This document shows positions 50,651 to 60,505 of a stretch of 64,000 nt of DNA, piece after piece. Source of the DNA: Veillonella sp. (GTDB lineage Bacteria > Bacillota > Negativicutes > Veillonellales > Veillonellaceae); contig NZ_JAGZMO010000002.1 in assembly GCF_018364065.1 (NCBI RefSeq), forward strand, positions 271,181 to 335,180. The letters run 5' to 3'. The position numbers and the translations under genes were made by a program. The notes beneath the pieces were generated by a model. It saw only the letters and a program-made list of their open reading frames with translations. It was not told the DNA's origin and made no database searches. Position 1 is the stretch's first letter. Every line of letters starts with the position of its first letter.

Positions 50651-50666
50651 TGTTTCACGTGAAACA
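50651..50666. promoter_or_regulatory. parS site TGTTTCACGTGAAACA (perfect)
   Basis: Exact 16-bp palindrome matching the Firmicute parS consensus. Confidence 0.9.
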
Positions 50667-50746
50667 CTTCTTTCCATCTTTTGTAAGGCATTATTGAATT
50701 AACATTTATTACCTTAATATTCTTAACTTAGTTTTTTTACACATTT

Positions 50747-50762
50747 TGTTTCACGTGAAACA
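50747..50762. promoter_or_regulatory. parS site TGTTTCACGTGAAACA (perfect)
   Basis: Exact consensus. Confidence 0.9.
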
Positions 50763-50805
50763 ATAAATTTGAAGGCTAAATTTTAATTTAAACTTATCGT
50801 AAAAA

Positions 50806-50821
50806 TGTTTCATGTGAAACA
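50806..50821. promoter_or_regulatory. parS-like site TGTTTCATGTGAAACA (1 mismatch)
   Basis: C->T at the centre. Confidence 0.7.
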
Positions 50822-50854
50822 TTAGACCATCTGAGTCAGAATCGTCATAAAAAT

Positions 50855-50870
50855 TGTTTCACGTGAAACA
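50855..50870. promoter_or_regulatory. parS site TGTTTCACGTGAAACA (perfect)
   Basis: Exact consensus. Confidence 0.9.
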
Positions 50871-51440
50871 AAATAATAACATTAAACTACTCTCAAACAA
50901 CTGCTCAGCATTTTTGTAATCATGCAAATTATTCCATCATTATGTTATTACACTATCCTCAAATGTAGTGACCCCCAAGAGTTCTTACTTATATTCACCG
51001 TTTCTTTATTACACTAACTCTCAAACTGTAAGTGGGCAATAATGTATTAAAGTAGCTTAGACCACAATATATTACTACGCTCAAACGAGATGATTATACA
51101 TATTCAATCCCTATACATTTTTAGTCCACACTTGTATTGCATTATTCTCAACCTCTCTTGACTCCCCTCCGATATTATGGCAGTTTTAGACTACACAAGT
51201 ATTACACACTCTCAAACTACCGGTTAACGCTTGCCCAATTTTACGCATTTTAAACTACACTAGTATTGAACTACTCTCAAACTGGGAGGCAATGATGCAG
51301 TCAAGATATGGTGTTTTAGAGCACACTAGTATTGGACTACTCTCAAACATTATATCGTCTAACACATCATCTTCATCAATTTTAGACCACTCTAGTATTA
51401 CATCACTCTCAAACTGTAAGTGGGCAATGTGTCTTTATAT
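50868..51440. repeat. array of ~9 degenerate direct repeats, period ~64 bp (core TTTTAGACyACACTAGTATTrnACTACTCTCAAACTG), non-coding
   Basis: CTCTCAAAC cores at ~50890, 50954, 51018, 51078, 51146, 51208, 51272, 51338, 51404; 3' units well conserved, 5' units decayed. Confidence 0.8.
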
Positions 51441-51549
51441 TTCTATCAAATATTCCTCATAGTTAAGTTTATTTTTTAACGATTGTCTTATAAACTTTGA
51501 ATTGTTTAATAAAACTCAAAGCTTATAAACTCTATACTTCTATTATAAT

Positions 51550-51565
51550 TGTTTCACGTGAAACA
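51550..51565. promoter_or_regulatory. parS site TGTTTCACGTGAAACA (perfect)
   Basis: Exact consensus, abutting the metF terminator. Confidence 0.9.
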
Positions 51566-51619
51566 AAAAACTCCCAACTTAAGTTATATAAAAGTTTAAT
51601 GTAACTTAAGTTGGGAGTT
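51563..51619 (-). terminator. terminator after metF
   Basis: aactcccaacttaagtt...aacttaagttgggagtt 17-bp stem plus U-run on the minus strand. Confidence 0.8.
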
Positions 51620-51649
51620 TCTATTATTTCATCAGCTACTATTTAATAC

Positions 51650-52537
51650 CTACACATGATCTATTAAATAAAGGACAGTCTGTATGTCATTCAGTGGCAT
51701 GATGTGTACGCCATGGGCTATCTTTTTAATTTCTCGTAATGTTTCCACGGCTATTTCCAGCCCGGCTTCTTTACCTCCTACTTCCATTCGTTTCAGTATT
51801 TCATCAGTCAACGAAATCCCCGGAACTTTTGTATGTAAGTAGTTCGCCATTTTGTAGCTTTTTAAAGGGATAAGTCCCAGCATAACAGGAAGTCCCAAAG
51901 GTGCAACTACATCAATGAATCGTTTTGCCTTCTCCAAATCATATATAGGTTGGGTTTGTATGAAATGAGCTCCGGCTTCAATCTTACGGATAATCTTTTC
52001 TTTCTCCAGTGCTAAATCATCTGCACCCGGATTTCCTGTAGTACCAATATAGAAGTTAGTTTTAACATCTAATGGATTGCCGGTTAAATCTTCACCATTA
52101 TTTAAGTCGTTAGCGATTTTTAACAATCCCATAGAGTCAACTTCAAATATAGGTTTCGCATCCGGATGATCTCCAGTGGAAGGTTTATCGCCAGTCAGTG
52201 TAAGTATATTATCGACACCTAGAGCTGCTGCTCCTAACAATTCAGATTGTAATCCGATCACATTTCTGTCACGACAAGTTAAGTGAAATATCGTATCGAT
52301 TCCTTCGTGGCTCTTTATCAAATGTGCCAATGCAATAGGGCTCATACGCATTTTTGCCATTGGGCAGTCCGCAATATTTATAGCATCTACCTTACCGGCC
52401 AATAAGCGAGCCTCTTGGAATGTTTTCTCCGCCGAAGCACTTTTAGGCGGATCCAATTCCACAGTTATAGTAAATTTCCCTTGCTTATGCTTCTCTCGTA
52501 ATTGTTCCAAATAAACTCCCCCCAAATAAAACCTCAA
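51650..52537 (-). CDS. metF: 5,10-methylenetetrahydrofolate reductase (non-ATG start: TTG at 52537 or TTG 52525 with GAGG RBS)
   Basis: TIM-barrel MTHFR motifs (FTITVELDPPK, HLTCRD); no in-frame ATG before the conserved N-terminus. Confidence 0.8.
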   Translation of the reverse strand: MRFYLGGVYLEQLREKHKQGKFTITVELDPPKSASAEKTFQEARLLAGKVDAINIADCPMAKMRMSPIALAHLIKSHEGIDTIFHLTCRDRNVIGLQSELLGAAALGVDNILTLTGDKPSTGDHPDAKPIFEVDSMGLLKIANDLNNGEDLTGNPLDVKTNFYIGTTGNPGADDLALEKEKIIRKIEAGAHFIQTQPIYDLEKAKRFIDVVAPLGLPVMLGLIPLKSYKMANYLHTKVPGISLTDEILKRMEVGGKEAGLEIAVETLREIKKIAHGVHIMPLNDIQTVLYLIDHV

Positions 52538-52661
52538 ATATTCTCTTAAAGTTTCTTTACTCTCTCTAATTATCTCTTGGTATTCTTTTATTATTCTTTT
52601 ATTAATTTTTTAGTTTTTTTAGTATTCTCTAGTTTTCTCTTAGTTTTCTCTTAAACTTCTC

Positions 52662-55085
52662 TTAGTCATCACCCAAGAGTCGCTTTACGATATTAACTGC
52701 CGTTATACCGTCCTTTGCATAGCAATCAGCTCCGGCTTTATCAGCGTACTCCTGAGTCAGCACAGCACCGCCTACCATGATTTTAGAAGACAGACCTGCT
52801 TCACGAATAGCCTTGATAGTTACATCAATCATCGGCATAGTTGTAGTCATTAAGGAACATATACCAACGACGGAAGCTTTTTCACGTTCCGCCACTTCCA
52901 CTATTGTTTCCGGTGCCACATCTTTCCCCAAATCAATAACGCGGTATCCATTATTTTCCAACAGCGCAGCGACTATATTTTTCCCCAAGTCGTGAATATC
53001 ACCTTTCACCGTAGCCACAATAACAGTATCTTTAACTATATCGTTATTTTCAGGCAACATTCTTTTAATCGTCTGGAACGCCTGTTGCATCGCTTCCGCC
53101 GCCAGCATTACTTGTGGCAAGAACGCCTTCCCACTGCCGAATTTATCACCTACTACATTCATGGCTTCCGACAAAGCCTGTTTCGTAATTTTCAAAGGAT
53201 CGATACCGTCATTTAATGCCTTTTCGACCAATTCTACAACACGCTCTTTTTCCCCTTGTTCTACAGCATGTTGAATATTCTCAAGCGGATCATCACTGTT
53301 AAATTGAACGGCTGCTTCTTTCGCTTTATTCGTTGTAATAACGGTCTCTTCTTCATTACCGTATTGTGCTATAAAATCAGCTGCCCCGGGATCATGGCCA
53401 AGTAGTGAGCAGGCCGCAACGAATGCTTTCTTCACCGGGTTATTTAACGGATTCAATATTGGTGTAGTCAATCCGTGGGATAAGGCCATTGTTAAAAATT
53501 GGCTGTTTAAATACGGCCGTTGAGGTAAGCCGAATGATACATTGGACAACCCCATTACGGTAGGAAAACCAAACGTTTCTTTATAAAGTGCCAAAGTCCG
53601 TAAGGTTTCTTTTGCACTATTTTCGCCACTGGCTAAAGTAAGTACTAACGGGTCTAATAGTAAATCTTCACTGCGAAGTCCTTCACGATACGCAGCCAAA
53701 ACGATTTCTTTTACTAAAGCAACGCGATCTTCCGCTGTAACAGGCAGATCTCCTTTTCCCAATGGCAGACAAAGTAATGCCGCCCCATATCGCTTAGCCA
53801 ACGGCAACACTTTTTCAAGTTGTTCCGGTTCCGCATTTACCGAGTTGATCAAAGGTCGGCCCGGATAGGCTTTTAGTCCTGCCTCCATTACATCCGCCTC
53901 TAATGTATCAATTGATAAGGGTACATCTACCAGCATGGTTAATTCCATGACAGCTCGTTTCATCATGGCCGGACCATCAATGTCCGGTAGGCCCATGTTT
54001 ACATCTAAAATATGTGCTCCCGCATTTACCTGTGCCAACGCATCCCGTTTTACCATGGTGAAGTTACCTTCGCGAATCTCTTTAGCCAACACTTTTCGGC
54101 CTGTAGGATTAATACGTTCACCAATTATAGCAGGTCGCTCTTTGTGCCCCAAACGGACAATGCCGCTGCGACTGGTAAGTGCTGTGAAAGGTTCCGGAAA
54201 TACGCGTTCCTTCGGCGTATGAATTTCTAACGCTTTAGCAATTTCACGAATATGAGCCGGTGTACTGCCGCAGCACGCCCCAATATAAGAGGCACCCGCA
54301 TCAACTAAGTCCCCTACATAGGTTCCCATTTCTTCCGGAGTCAAAGGGAATACAGTTTCCATTCCCACTAAAACAGGCATGCCCGCATTAGGTTGAGCAC
54401 TAATCGGCAAGGTTGTCACCGATGCCAATCTCTTTACTAAGGGAATAAGCTGCTCCGGCCCTAAGGAGCAGTTAATACCAACTACATCAGCGCCCATAGC
54501 TTCCATTAAAATAGCTGCCGCTTCCGGTGGCGTACCTGTAATGGTACGTCCATCGTCACTGAAAGAAAACTGACAAATAACCTTAACATCATCTGCCGTT
54601 TTTCCCAATTCGTTTCGTGCATCCAGTGCTGCCAGCAAAGCGGCTCTCATCTCCTGGATATCTATAATCGTTTCAATAAGAACAAAGTCCACACCGGCTT
54701 CAATCAAAGCTAAGGCCTGCTCTTTATATGTATCGTATATTTCATCAAAGGATACATTTCCCAACGGCTCTATAAAAAGTCCCGTAGGCCCCATAGAGCC
54801 TGCTACGCGTGCATCAGGCTTAACTTCTGCAATGGCCTGTTTAGCTGCCTTTACCGCTGCCTTATTGATTTCAGCCACCCGGTGTTCCAAACCATAGTCA
54901 GCTAACTTCAAACCACAGCCGCCAAATGTATTAGTCGTAATAATTTGACTGCCGTTTTTCAAGTACGCACTGTGGATTCCTTTTATAATCTCCGGATGAT
55001 CCACATTAAATAATTCAGGGCAGTCCCCCTCTTTCAACCCTGATTGTTGTAACATTGTGCCCATGGCACCATCAAATATATACAT
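52662..55085 (-). CDS. metH: methionine synthase MetH core (Hcy-binding + pterin-binding + cap + B12-binding), lacking the activation domain; ORF runs to 55241 but ATG 55085 with GAGAGGG RBS avoids overlap
   Basis: GAMGT...Hcy S-methyltransferase barrel, pterin-binding barrel, B12 motif DxHxxG (DIHDLGKNIV), ~808 aa. Confidence 0.85.
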   Translation of the reverse strand: MYIFDGAMGTMLQQSGLKEGDCPELFNVDHPEIIKGIHSAYLKNGSQIITTNTFGGCGLKLADYGLEHRVAEINKAAVKAAKQAIAEVKPDARVAGSMGPTGLFIEPLGNVSFDEIYDTYKEQALALIEAGVDFVLIETIIDIQEMRAALLAALDARNELGKTADDVKVICQFSFSDDGRTITGTPPEAAAILMEAMGADVVGINCSLGPEQLIPLVKRLASVTTLPISAQPNAGMPVLVGMETVFPLTPEEMGTYVGDLVDAGASYIGACCGSTPAHIREIAKALEIHTPKERVFPEPFTALTSRSGIVRLGHKERPAIIGERINPTGRKVLAKEIREGNFTMVKRDALAQVNAGAHILDVNMGLPDIDGPAMMKRAVMELTMLVDVPLSIDTLEADVMEAGLKAYPGRPLINSVNAEPEQLEKVLPLAKRYGAALLCLPLGKGDLPVTAEDRVALVKEIVLAAYREGLRSEDLLLDPLVLTLASGENSAKETLRTLALYKETFGFPTVMGLSNVSFGLPQRPYLNSQFLTMALSHGLTTPILNPLNNPVKKAFVAACSLLGHDPGAADFIAQYGNEEETVITTNKAKEAAVQFNSDDPLENIQHAVEQGEKERVVELVEKALNDGIDPLKITKQALSEAMNVVGDKFGSGKAFLPQVMLAAEAMQQAFQTIKRMLPENNDIVKDTVIVATVKGDIHDLGKNIVAALLENNGYRVIDLGKDVAPETIVEVAEREKASVVGICSLMTTTMPMIDVTIKAIREAGLSSKIMVGGAVLTQEYADKAGADCYAKDGITAVNIVKRLLGDD

Positions 55086-55110
55086 ATAATCCCTCTCATC
55101 TTTCCCAAAG

Positions 55111-55776
55111 CTACACATTTCTGGACATGCAATCTCGCTGGCTACAGGAGGAGCATCCTCGTTTTGTCTGAATCGTTTCTCCCTTAGGCATGCAACCGAT
55201 AATGGCGGTAACGGACTTTCTTGGAAATAATAAAAACGCATCAGTTACAGACAAACCGATAGTTTGAGTACCAATAATGTGAGCCAATTCTTTTTGAACG
55301 GTTAAATCCCAATTACCATAACCAGGGCTAAAACGCCATGTTGTAGTATATCCCGCCTTGGCCGCCTCTTTTTTTATCAATTCATTCACTTGATCTGCTA
55401 CTTGCTCTACTGCCGTTGTGGCTGCCGCATCAAGGAGTAGTCCTAAGGTATAATTGCCTTCTTTAAAGAGCTCTTCGCTGCGAATTTCCACACCTTCTCC
55501 AATGGTGACGGCCATCACATAGACACGTTCCGATTTTTCCAGATGTTTGCGAATCACACTGCCTTCAATCTGTAATGGCGGATTGCTGCTTACAATCCCC
55601 GTCTCCGGATCATACGGATATGCCTCATAAGTTCCCTGTGGCACCGCTGCCAACTGTACTTCCAAACAGGCATCGTTAACATAAGAATCAGGGAAGTCAT
55701 CAGCATGTTTCAACCCTGCATAACGTCGAACCTCTGCTGCGTTGATTCGTGGTAAACGCCCATTATACACTGCCAT
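55111..55776 (-). CDS. stand-alone vitamin-B12-dependent methionine synthase activation-domain protein (SAM-binding reactivation module)
   Basis: 221 aa matching MetH C-terminal activation domain (Met_synt_B12-like); AGGAGG RBS. Confidence 0.7.
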   Translation of the reverse strand: MAVYNGRLPRINAAEVRRYAGLKHADDFPDSYVNDACLEVQLAAVPQGTYEAYPYDPETGIVSSNPPLQIEGSVIRKHLEKSERVYVMAVTIGEGVEIRSEELFKEGNYTLGLLLDAAATTAVEQVADQVNELIKKEAAKAGYTTTWRFSPGYGNWDLTVQKELAHIIGTQTIGLSVTDAFLLFPRKSVTAIIGCMPKGETIQTKRGCSSCSQRDCMSRNV

Positions 55777-55794
55777 GTTAAGACCTCCTTTTCA

Positions 55795-55876
55795 TAATAA
55801 CTTATACAACTTAATAACTTTTATAACATAACAACTTACACAACATAACAACTTATACAATATAACAACTTATACG
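55795..55876 (-). repeat. ~5 tandem 14-16-bp repeats (ATAACAACTTAyAC) in the 5' UTR between the SAM riboswitch terminator and the first ORF
   Basis: Direct reading; shares the ACATAACAAC core with the repeats upstream of the multicopper oxidase (2473..2519). Confidence 0.7.
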
Positions 55877-56005
55877 AAAAAACCTCCATCTTCTACAAGA
55901 CAGAGGACCTCTCCTTATCTGTCAGTTACCTGTTGGATGTAGCACCGCGCAAGGCCGGTTGCCGGACGTCACAGGGCCAAATCCCTCAGTCGCTCTTGAT
56001 AAGGT
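55876..56005 (-). promoter_or_regulatory. SAM-I (S-box) riboswitch controlling the metH-AD/metH/metF operon
   Basis: Minus strand: CUUAUCAAGAGCGACUGAGGGAUUUGGCCCUGUGACGUCCGGCAACCGGCC...GGUGCUACAUCCAACAG with terminator CCUCUGUCUUGUAGAAGAUGGAGG-UUUUUU. Confidence 0.85.
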
Positions 56006-56156
56006 CAATTATGATATTATTTAAAATCGACGATAGTATGTAAAATTCTTTGGTTCCATCTAATTCTAATGATTTGTCGATTATAGCTCTATTAATAAAC
56101 TAATTCAATCGAATTTCAATAAAATAAGCATACTCTGTATAGCCTTTTATGTCAAT

Positions 56157-56185
56157 AAAAAAGCCGGTCTCAGAGGGAGACCGGC
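56157..56185 (-). terminator. terminator after rsmG
   Basis: gccggtctc-agagg-gagaccggc perfect 9-bp stem plus U-run on the minus strand. Confidence 0.8.
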
Positions 56186-56237
56186 ATATATGGAAATTAT
56201 ATATTTAGGTATAGATTATATCTAGAACAAACGCCAA

Positions 56238-57008
56238 TTATTTCTCTAGGGGCTTTGTTTTAATGTCCTTCGGTTTGCGAGGATATTTCTTAGTGCAAGG
56301 TTTTACTTTCTTTACGTAAATAATGGCTCGCTTATCATCTAACGTAGGTAAGGTTGCCATTTTTATATCTTCGATTTTGCCACCTAAAGTTTGTAGGGCA
56401 AAGTCGGAGCTCTTCACTTCTTCGTCGTAAATTGCACCTTTTAATGCCACCAAGTAACCGCCCACTTTTACATATGGCAAAGACCATTCCAACAGAATCG
56501 GCAAGCGTGCCACCGCACGACTGGTTACGATATCATAGGCTTCTCTATGAGCTTCTGTATGAGCCATATCTTCAGCTCGTCCATGCAATGTTGCTACATT
56601 TTTCAAGCCCAATGTTTCAATAACGCCCTGCAGAAAAGTCAGTCGCTTCTGTAATGAATCAAACAACGTGATTTTCAAGTCGGGACGCCAAATTGCCAAT
56701 GGTATGCCCGGAAATCCGGCGCCTGTTCCCAAATCGAGAAGTGACGCGCCTTCTGTAAATACCGGACTCAGTGCTGTGAGCGAGTCTACCATATGCTTAA
56801 CCGCCACTTCGTGAGGATCTGTAATAGCCGTCAAATTCAAGTGTTTATTCGTTTCAATGAGTAATTCGTAATAATCAGTAAACTGCTCCAGCTGCCGCTC
56901 TGTCGCTTCAAATCCGGCCGCCTTCAGCTGTACCTGTAAATTATCGGTGAAGTTAAGCTCTTGATTCAATGCTTCACTTGTCATCGTTGATAACTCCTTT
57001 CTTATCAC
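56238..57008 (-). CDS. rsmG: 16S rRNA (guanine527-N7)-methyltransferase
   Basis: GidB family, SAM-binding DLGTGAGFPGIPLAI motif. Confidence 0.9.
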   Translation of the reverse strand: MIRKELSTMTSEALNQELNFTDNLQVQLKAAGFEATERQLEQFTDYYELLIETNKHLNLTAITDPHEVAVKHMVDSLTALSPVFTEGASLLDLGTGAGFPGIPLAIWRPDLKITLFDSLQKRLTFLQGVIETLGLKNVATLHGRAEDMAHTEAHREAYDIVTSRAVARLPILLEWSLPYVKVGGYLVALKGAIYDEEVKSSDFALQTLGGKIEDIKMATLPTLDDKRAIIYVKKVKPCTKKYPRKPKDIKTKPLEK

Positions 57009-57048
57009 AAATTACATCGTTTTTCAAGATTCTTGTTAATTATCTTGA

Positions 57049-58923
57049 TTATTCCTGGTCACGGCGATATTGTTCCAATTGAATCAACAATACGGAAATA
57101 TCTGCCGGAGAAACACCGGAAATGCGGCTGGCCTGGCCAATTGAATGAGGTTTAATCTTATTCAATTTCTGTTTAGCTTCTAAGGAAATCCCCTTCATGG
57201 AATCATAATCCCAATCCATAGGGATGATTTTTTCTTCCAATTTACGAACTTTAGCCACTTGTTCCATCTGTTTCTTAATATATCCTTCGTAGGTAATCAT
57301 AATGTCGATTTCTTCTTCCACATCAGGACTGAAACGTTGTAAGCCAAAGGCTTCCGCCACGTCGCCATAGGATAATTCATTACGTTTTACCAGGTCATAC
57401 GCCTTAATACCGGTCTTAATAGGGGCCGTTCCCATTTTTTCCAATAATTCCTGCACTTCTGCAGACGGATTGATAGACTTTTCATTCAAGCCGGCCAAAC
57501 CTTCTTCAATGCGTGCTTTTTTATTCAAGAAACGTTGGTAACGTTCTTCTGTTACTAAGCCGATATCATAGCCCTTTTGGGTCAAGCGCATGTCCGCATT
57601 ATCCTGACGAAGAAGCAGACGATATTCGCTGCGGCTGGTCATCATGCGGTATGGTTCATGGGTCCCCTTCGTTACCAAGTCATCGATAAGTACACCGATA
57701 TACGCTTCGGAACGGGATAAAATAAATGGCTCTTTACCTTCTAAATACAAGGCCGCGTTAATACCTGCAATAAGGCCCTGTGCAGCCGCTTCTTCATAGC
57801 CGGATGTACCGTTAGCCTGACCGGCGGAGTATAAGCCTTTTACAGACATAACCTGTAAGGCCGGAGAAAGCTGTAACGGATCTAAGCAGTCATATTCGAT
57901 TGCATAGGCCGGACGCATAATTTCTACATTTTCCAAGCCAGGAATGGTGCGGAGGAATTTGTACTGCACATCGATTGGAAGGCTGGTACTCATGCCCTGT
58001 ACATACATTTCATTCGTATGATTTCCTTCCGGTTCCACGAAGAGCTGATGACGGCTCTTATCGCTGAAACGTACTACCTTATCTTCAATGGATGGGCAAT
58101 AACGAGGGCCTGTACCTTCGATAATGCCGGTGTACATAGGCGCACGGTCCAAATTGGAGCGAATAATTTCATGCGTTTCGTCATTTGTATACGTTAACCA
58201 GCAAATTTGTTCATTGCGGTCGGTCCAATCGGACATGAAGGAGAAAGCACGGTACATGGAGTCGCCGGGCTGTTCCGTCATGTGGTCCAATGTTAATGTT
58301 CTCTTATCGACGCGAGCCGGTGTACCGGTTTTAAAACGCATCAATTCAATGCCGTGTTTACGCAAGGAATCAGATAAAAGTTCCGCCGTACGCTGACCGT
58401 TAGGGCCGCCGGTATACGTTAATTCGCCGGTAATAATTTTACCTTTCAAATAGGTACCGGTACATAAAATGATAGCTTTCGCTTCGTACACTTCACCTAA
58501 TTCGCCTAAAATCCCTTTAACTTCGCCATCTTCGATGAGGACTTCGTTTACCATAATCTGCTTCACATTCAGATTATCCGTATTTTCAAGGGTTTCCTTC
58601 ATCAGGCGCTGATATGCCACCTTGTCGGACTGAGCGCGCAAAGAATGAACGGCAGGACCTTTCCCTGTGTTAAGCATGCGCATCTGAATCGCTGTAGCAT
58701 CCGCATTAATCGCCATTTGACCGCCCAGCGCATCCAGTTCATACACTAAATGGCTTTTGCCCGGACCGCCTACGGCCGGATTACAAGGCATTAATGCAAT
58801 ATTATCTAAATTAAGTGTGGCCATCAATGTACGATGACCCATGCGTGCTGCCGCCAGAGCGGCTTCACAACCGGCATGACCGCCACCGATGACAATCACA
58901 TCATATGTGTCCACTGTATACAT
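57049..58923 (-). CDS. mnmG: tRNA uridine-5-carboxymethylaminomethyl modification enzyme MnmG (GidA)
   Basis: FAD-binding [11 protein letters not shown]-terminus, 624 aa. Confidence 0.95.
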   Translation of the reverse strand: MYTVDTYDVIVIGGGHAGCEAALAAARMGHRTLMATLNLDNIALMPCNPAVGGPGKSHLVYELDALGGQMAINADATAIQMRMLNTGKGPAVHSLRAQSDKVAYQRLMKETLENTDNLNVKQIMVNEVLIEDGEVKGILGELGEVYEAKAIILCTGTYLKGKIITGELTYTGGPNGQRTAELLSDSLRKHGIELMRFKTGTPARVDKRTLTLDHMTEQPGDSMYRAFSFMSDWTDRNEQICWLTYTNDETHEIIRSNLDRAPMYTGIIEGTGPRYCPSIEDKVVRFSDKSRHQLFVEPEGNHTNEMYVQGMSTSLPIDVQYKFLRTIPGLENVEIMRPAYAIEYDCLDPLQLSPALQVMSVKGLYSAGQANGTSGYEEAAAQGLIAGINAALYLEGKEPFILSRSEAYIGVLIDDLVTKGTHEPYRMMTSRSEYRLLLRQDNADMRLTQKGYDIGLVTEERYQRFLNKKARIEEGLAGLNEKSINPSAEVQELLEKMGTAPIKTGIKAYDLVKRNELSYGDVAEAFGLQRFSPDVEEEIDIMITYEGYIKKQMEQVAKVRKLEEKIIPMDWDYDSMKGISLEAKQKLNKIKPHSIGQASRISGVSPADISVLLIQLEQYRRDQE

Positions 58924-59052
58924 AGTTTCTCCTACTTTACTCTCATATGGAATCTTACATAAAATTCCCTAACAATTAGAACTTAGCTATTACCTCAACC
59001 TATCCTAATTATATCATTCGTATCAGTTTATGTTTCCAAAAAGAAAAACAGA

Positions 59053-60441
59053 TTATTTACCTAAACAGAAACGGGAAAACAGTTCATCCACCAAGGATTC
59101 TCGCAAGCTGTCCCCGTTGATGTCACCCAAGCGTTCCCAAGCGCTGCGAATGTCTGTCACAACGAAGTCTACGGCCATGCCCATTTCAATATTGGACAAT
59201 GCCTGCTCCAACTGTGCTTTCGCCTCTTCCATCAAGGTAATATGACGCACATTGCTGAGAAGTGCCTCATTGCTCTGACTTACAGTACCGCCAAAGACAA
59301 GGTCTTTCACCACTTGCGCCAAAATATCCATCCCTTCGCCCTGTGCCGCACTGATAGGAGCAATCATGGAAAACTCGCCTAACTGTGCAATGTCAGCGAT
59401 GGTAATAACGGAACCCTTATCGGACTTATTTAGGAATACGATTGTATGGTCGCCGGATGCTTCCACTAAAATCTCTCGTTCCTCTTCTGTAAGGCCCTTG
59501 GACGCATCCACAACACACACAATAATCTGTGCCGTTTCCAGGTATTCTTTCGCCCGGTCTACGCCGAGTTTTTCTACTACGTCTTCTGTATCGCGAATCC
59601 CTGCCGTATCTACAAGACGCACAGGAATCCCTTCAATAGTGATGGACTCTTCAATACTGTCTCGCGTTGTGCCCGGAATATCCGTTACAATGGCGCGATT
59701 TTCGCGGAGCAACGCATTCATCAGGCTGGATTTGCCCGCATTCGGCGAGCCTACAATGGCCGTTAAAATACCGTCACGAAGCAGACGGCCCCGATTGGCT
59801 GTCGCCAATAGCTGTTGCATCTGTTCATAAATAGGTTTCAATTTCTGACCTGTTTCTTCCAAGGTCAATTCTTCGATGTCTTCTTCCGGATAGTCGATTG
59901 TTACTTCCAGTTGTGCCACCAAGTTCAATAGCTCTTCCCGCAAATTGCGGATCAGTCTTGCCAATGTCCCATCTAACTGATTCACCGCTACAGATAAGGA
60001 TTTTTCAGATTTTGCCTCTATAATATCTATAATAGCTTCCGCCTGAGTCAAATCGATACGGCCATTTAAGAAGGCACGTTTCGTAAACTCACCGGGTTCC
60101 GCCAAGCGGGCACCCTGTCGAAGCAGTAATTTCAAAATTTCACGTACTACTACAATACCGCCGTGGCACTGTATTTCCACTACATCCTCCGCCGTGAACG
60201 AATGAGGTCCCTTCATCAACAAAAGGAGCACTTCATCCAATACCTGGTCGTTTTCGTGAGGATTGTATATCTTACCATATTGAATGGTTCTATTTTGACG
60301 ATTTACAAGTAAATCGGTTTGACTGTCTTTATATATAGAATTCACTATATCAAAGCTTTTTTGGCCGCTTACGCGAATAATACCCACCCCTCCGGTTCCG
60401 GGAGGCGTTGCAATCGCGGCAATGGTATCTTCTGTGTACAT
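59053..60441 (-). CDS. mnmE: tRNA modification GTPase MnmE (TrmE)
   Basis: G-domain GSPNAGKSS, DTAGIR; C-terminal CLGK. Confidence 0.95.
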   Translation of the reverse strand: MYTEDTIAAIATPPGTGGVGIIRVSGQKSFDIVNSIYKDSQTDLLVNRQNRTIQYGKIYNPHENDQVLDEVLLLLMKGPHSFTAEDVVEIQCHGGIVVVREILKLLLRQGARLAEPGEFTKRAFLNGRIDLTQAEAIIDIIEAKSEKSLSVAVNQLDGTLARLIRNLREELLNLVAQLEVTIDYPEEDIEELTLEETGQKLKPIYEQMQQLLATANRGRLLRDGILTAIVGSPNAGKSSLMNALLRENRAIVTDIPGTTRDSIEESITIEGIPVRLVDTAGIRDTEDVVEKLGVDRAKEYLETAQIIVCVVDASKGLTEEEREILVEASGDHTIVFLNKSDKGSVITIADIAQLGEFSMIAPISAAQGEGMDILAQVVKDLVFGGTVSQSNEALLSNVRHITLMEEAKAQLEQALSNIEMGMAVDFVVTDIRSAWERLGDINGDSLRESLVDELFSRFCLGK

Positions 60442-60505
60442 AGTATAACTCCTATATAAACATACTATTTAAAAATAAAACCCGATCAAAGATCGGGTTT
60501 TAACT

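Noticed and set aside
50868-51440. CRISPR array (repeat ~36 nt / spacer ~28 nt geometry)
   Set aside because: Repeats are degenerate rather than identical, 'spacers' share sequence with each other (tgtaagtgggcaat recurs), and there are no cas genes in the window
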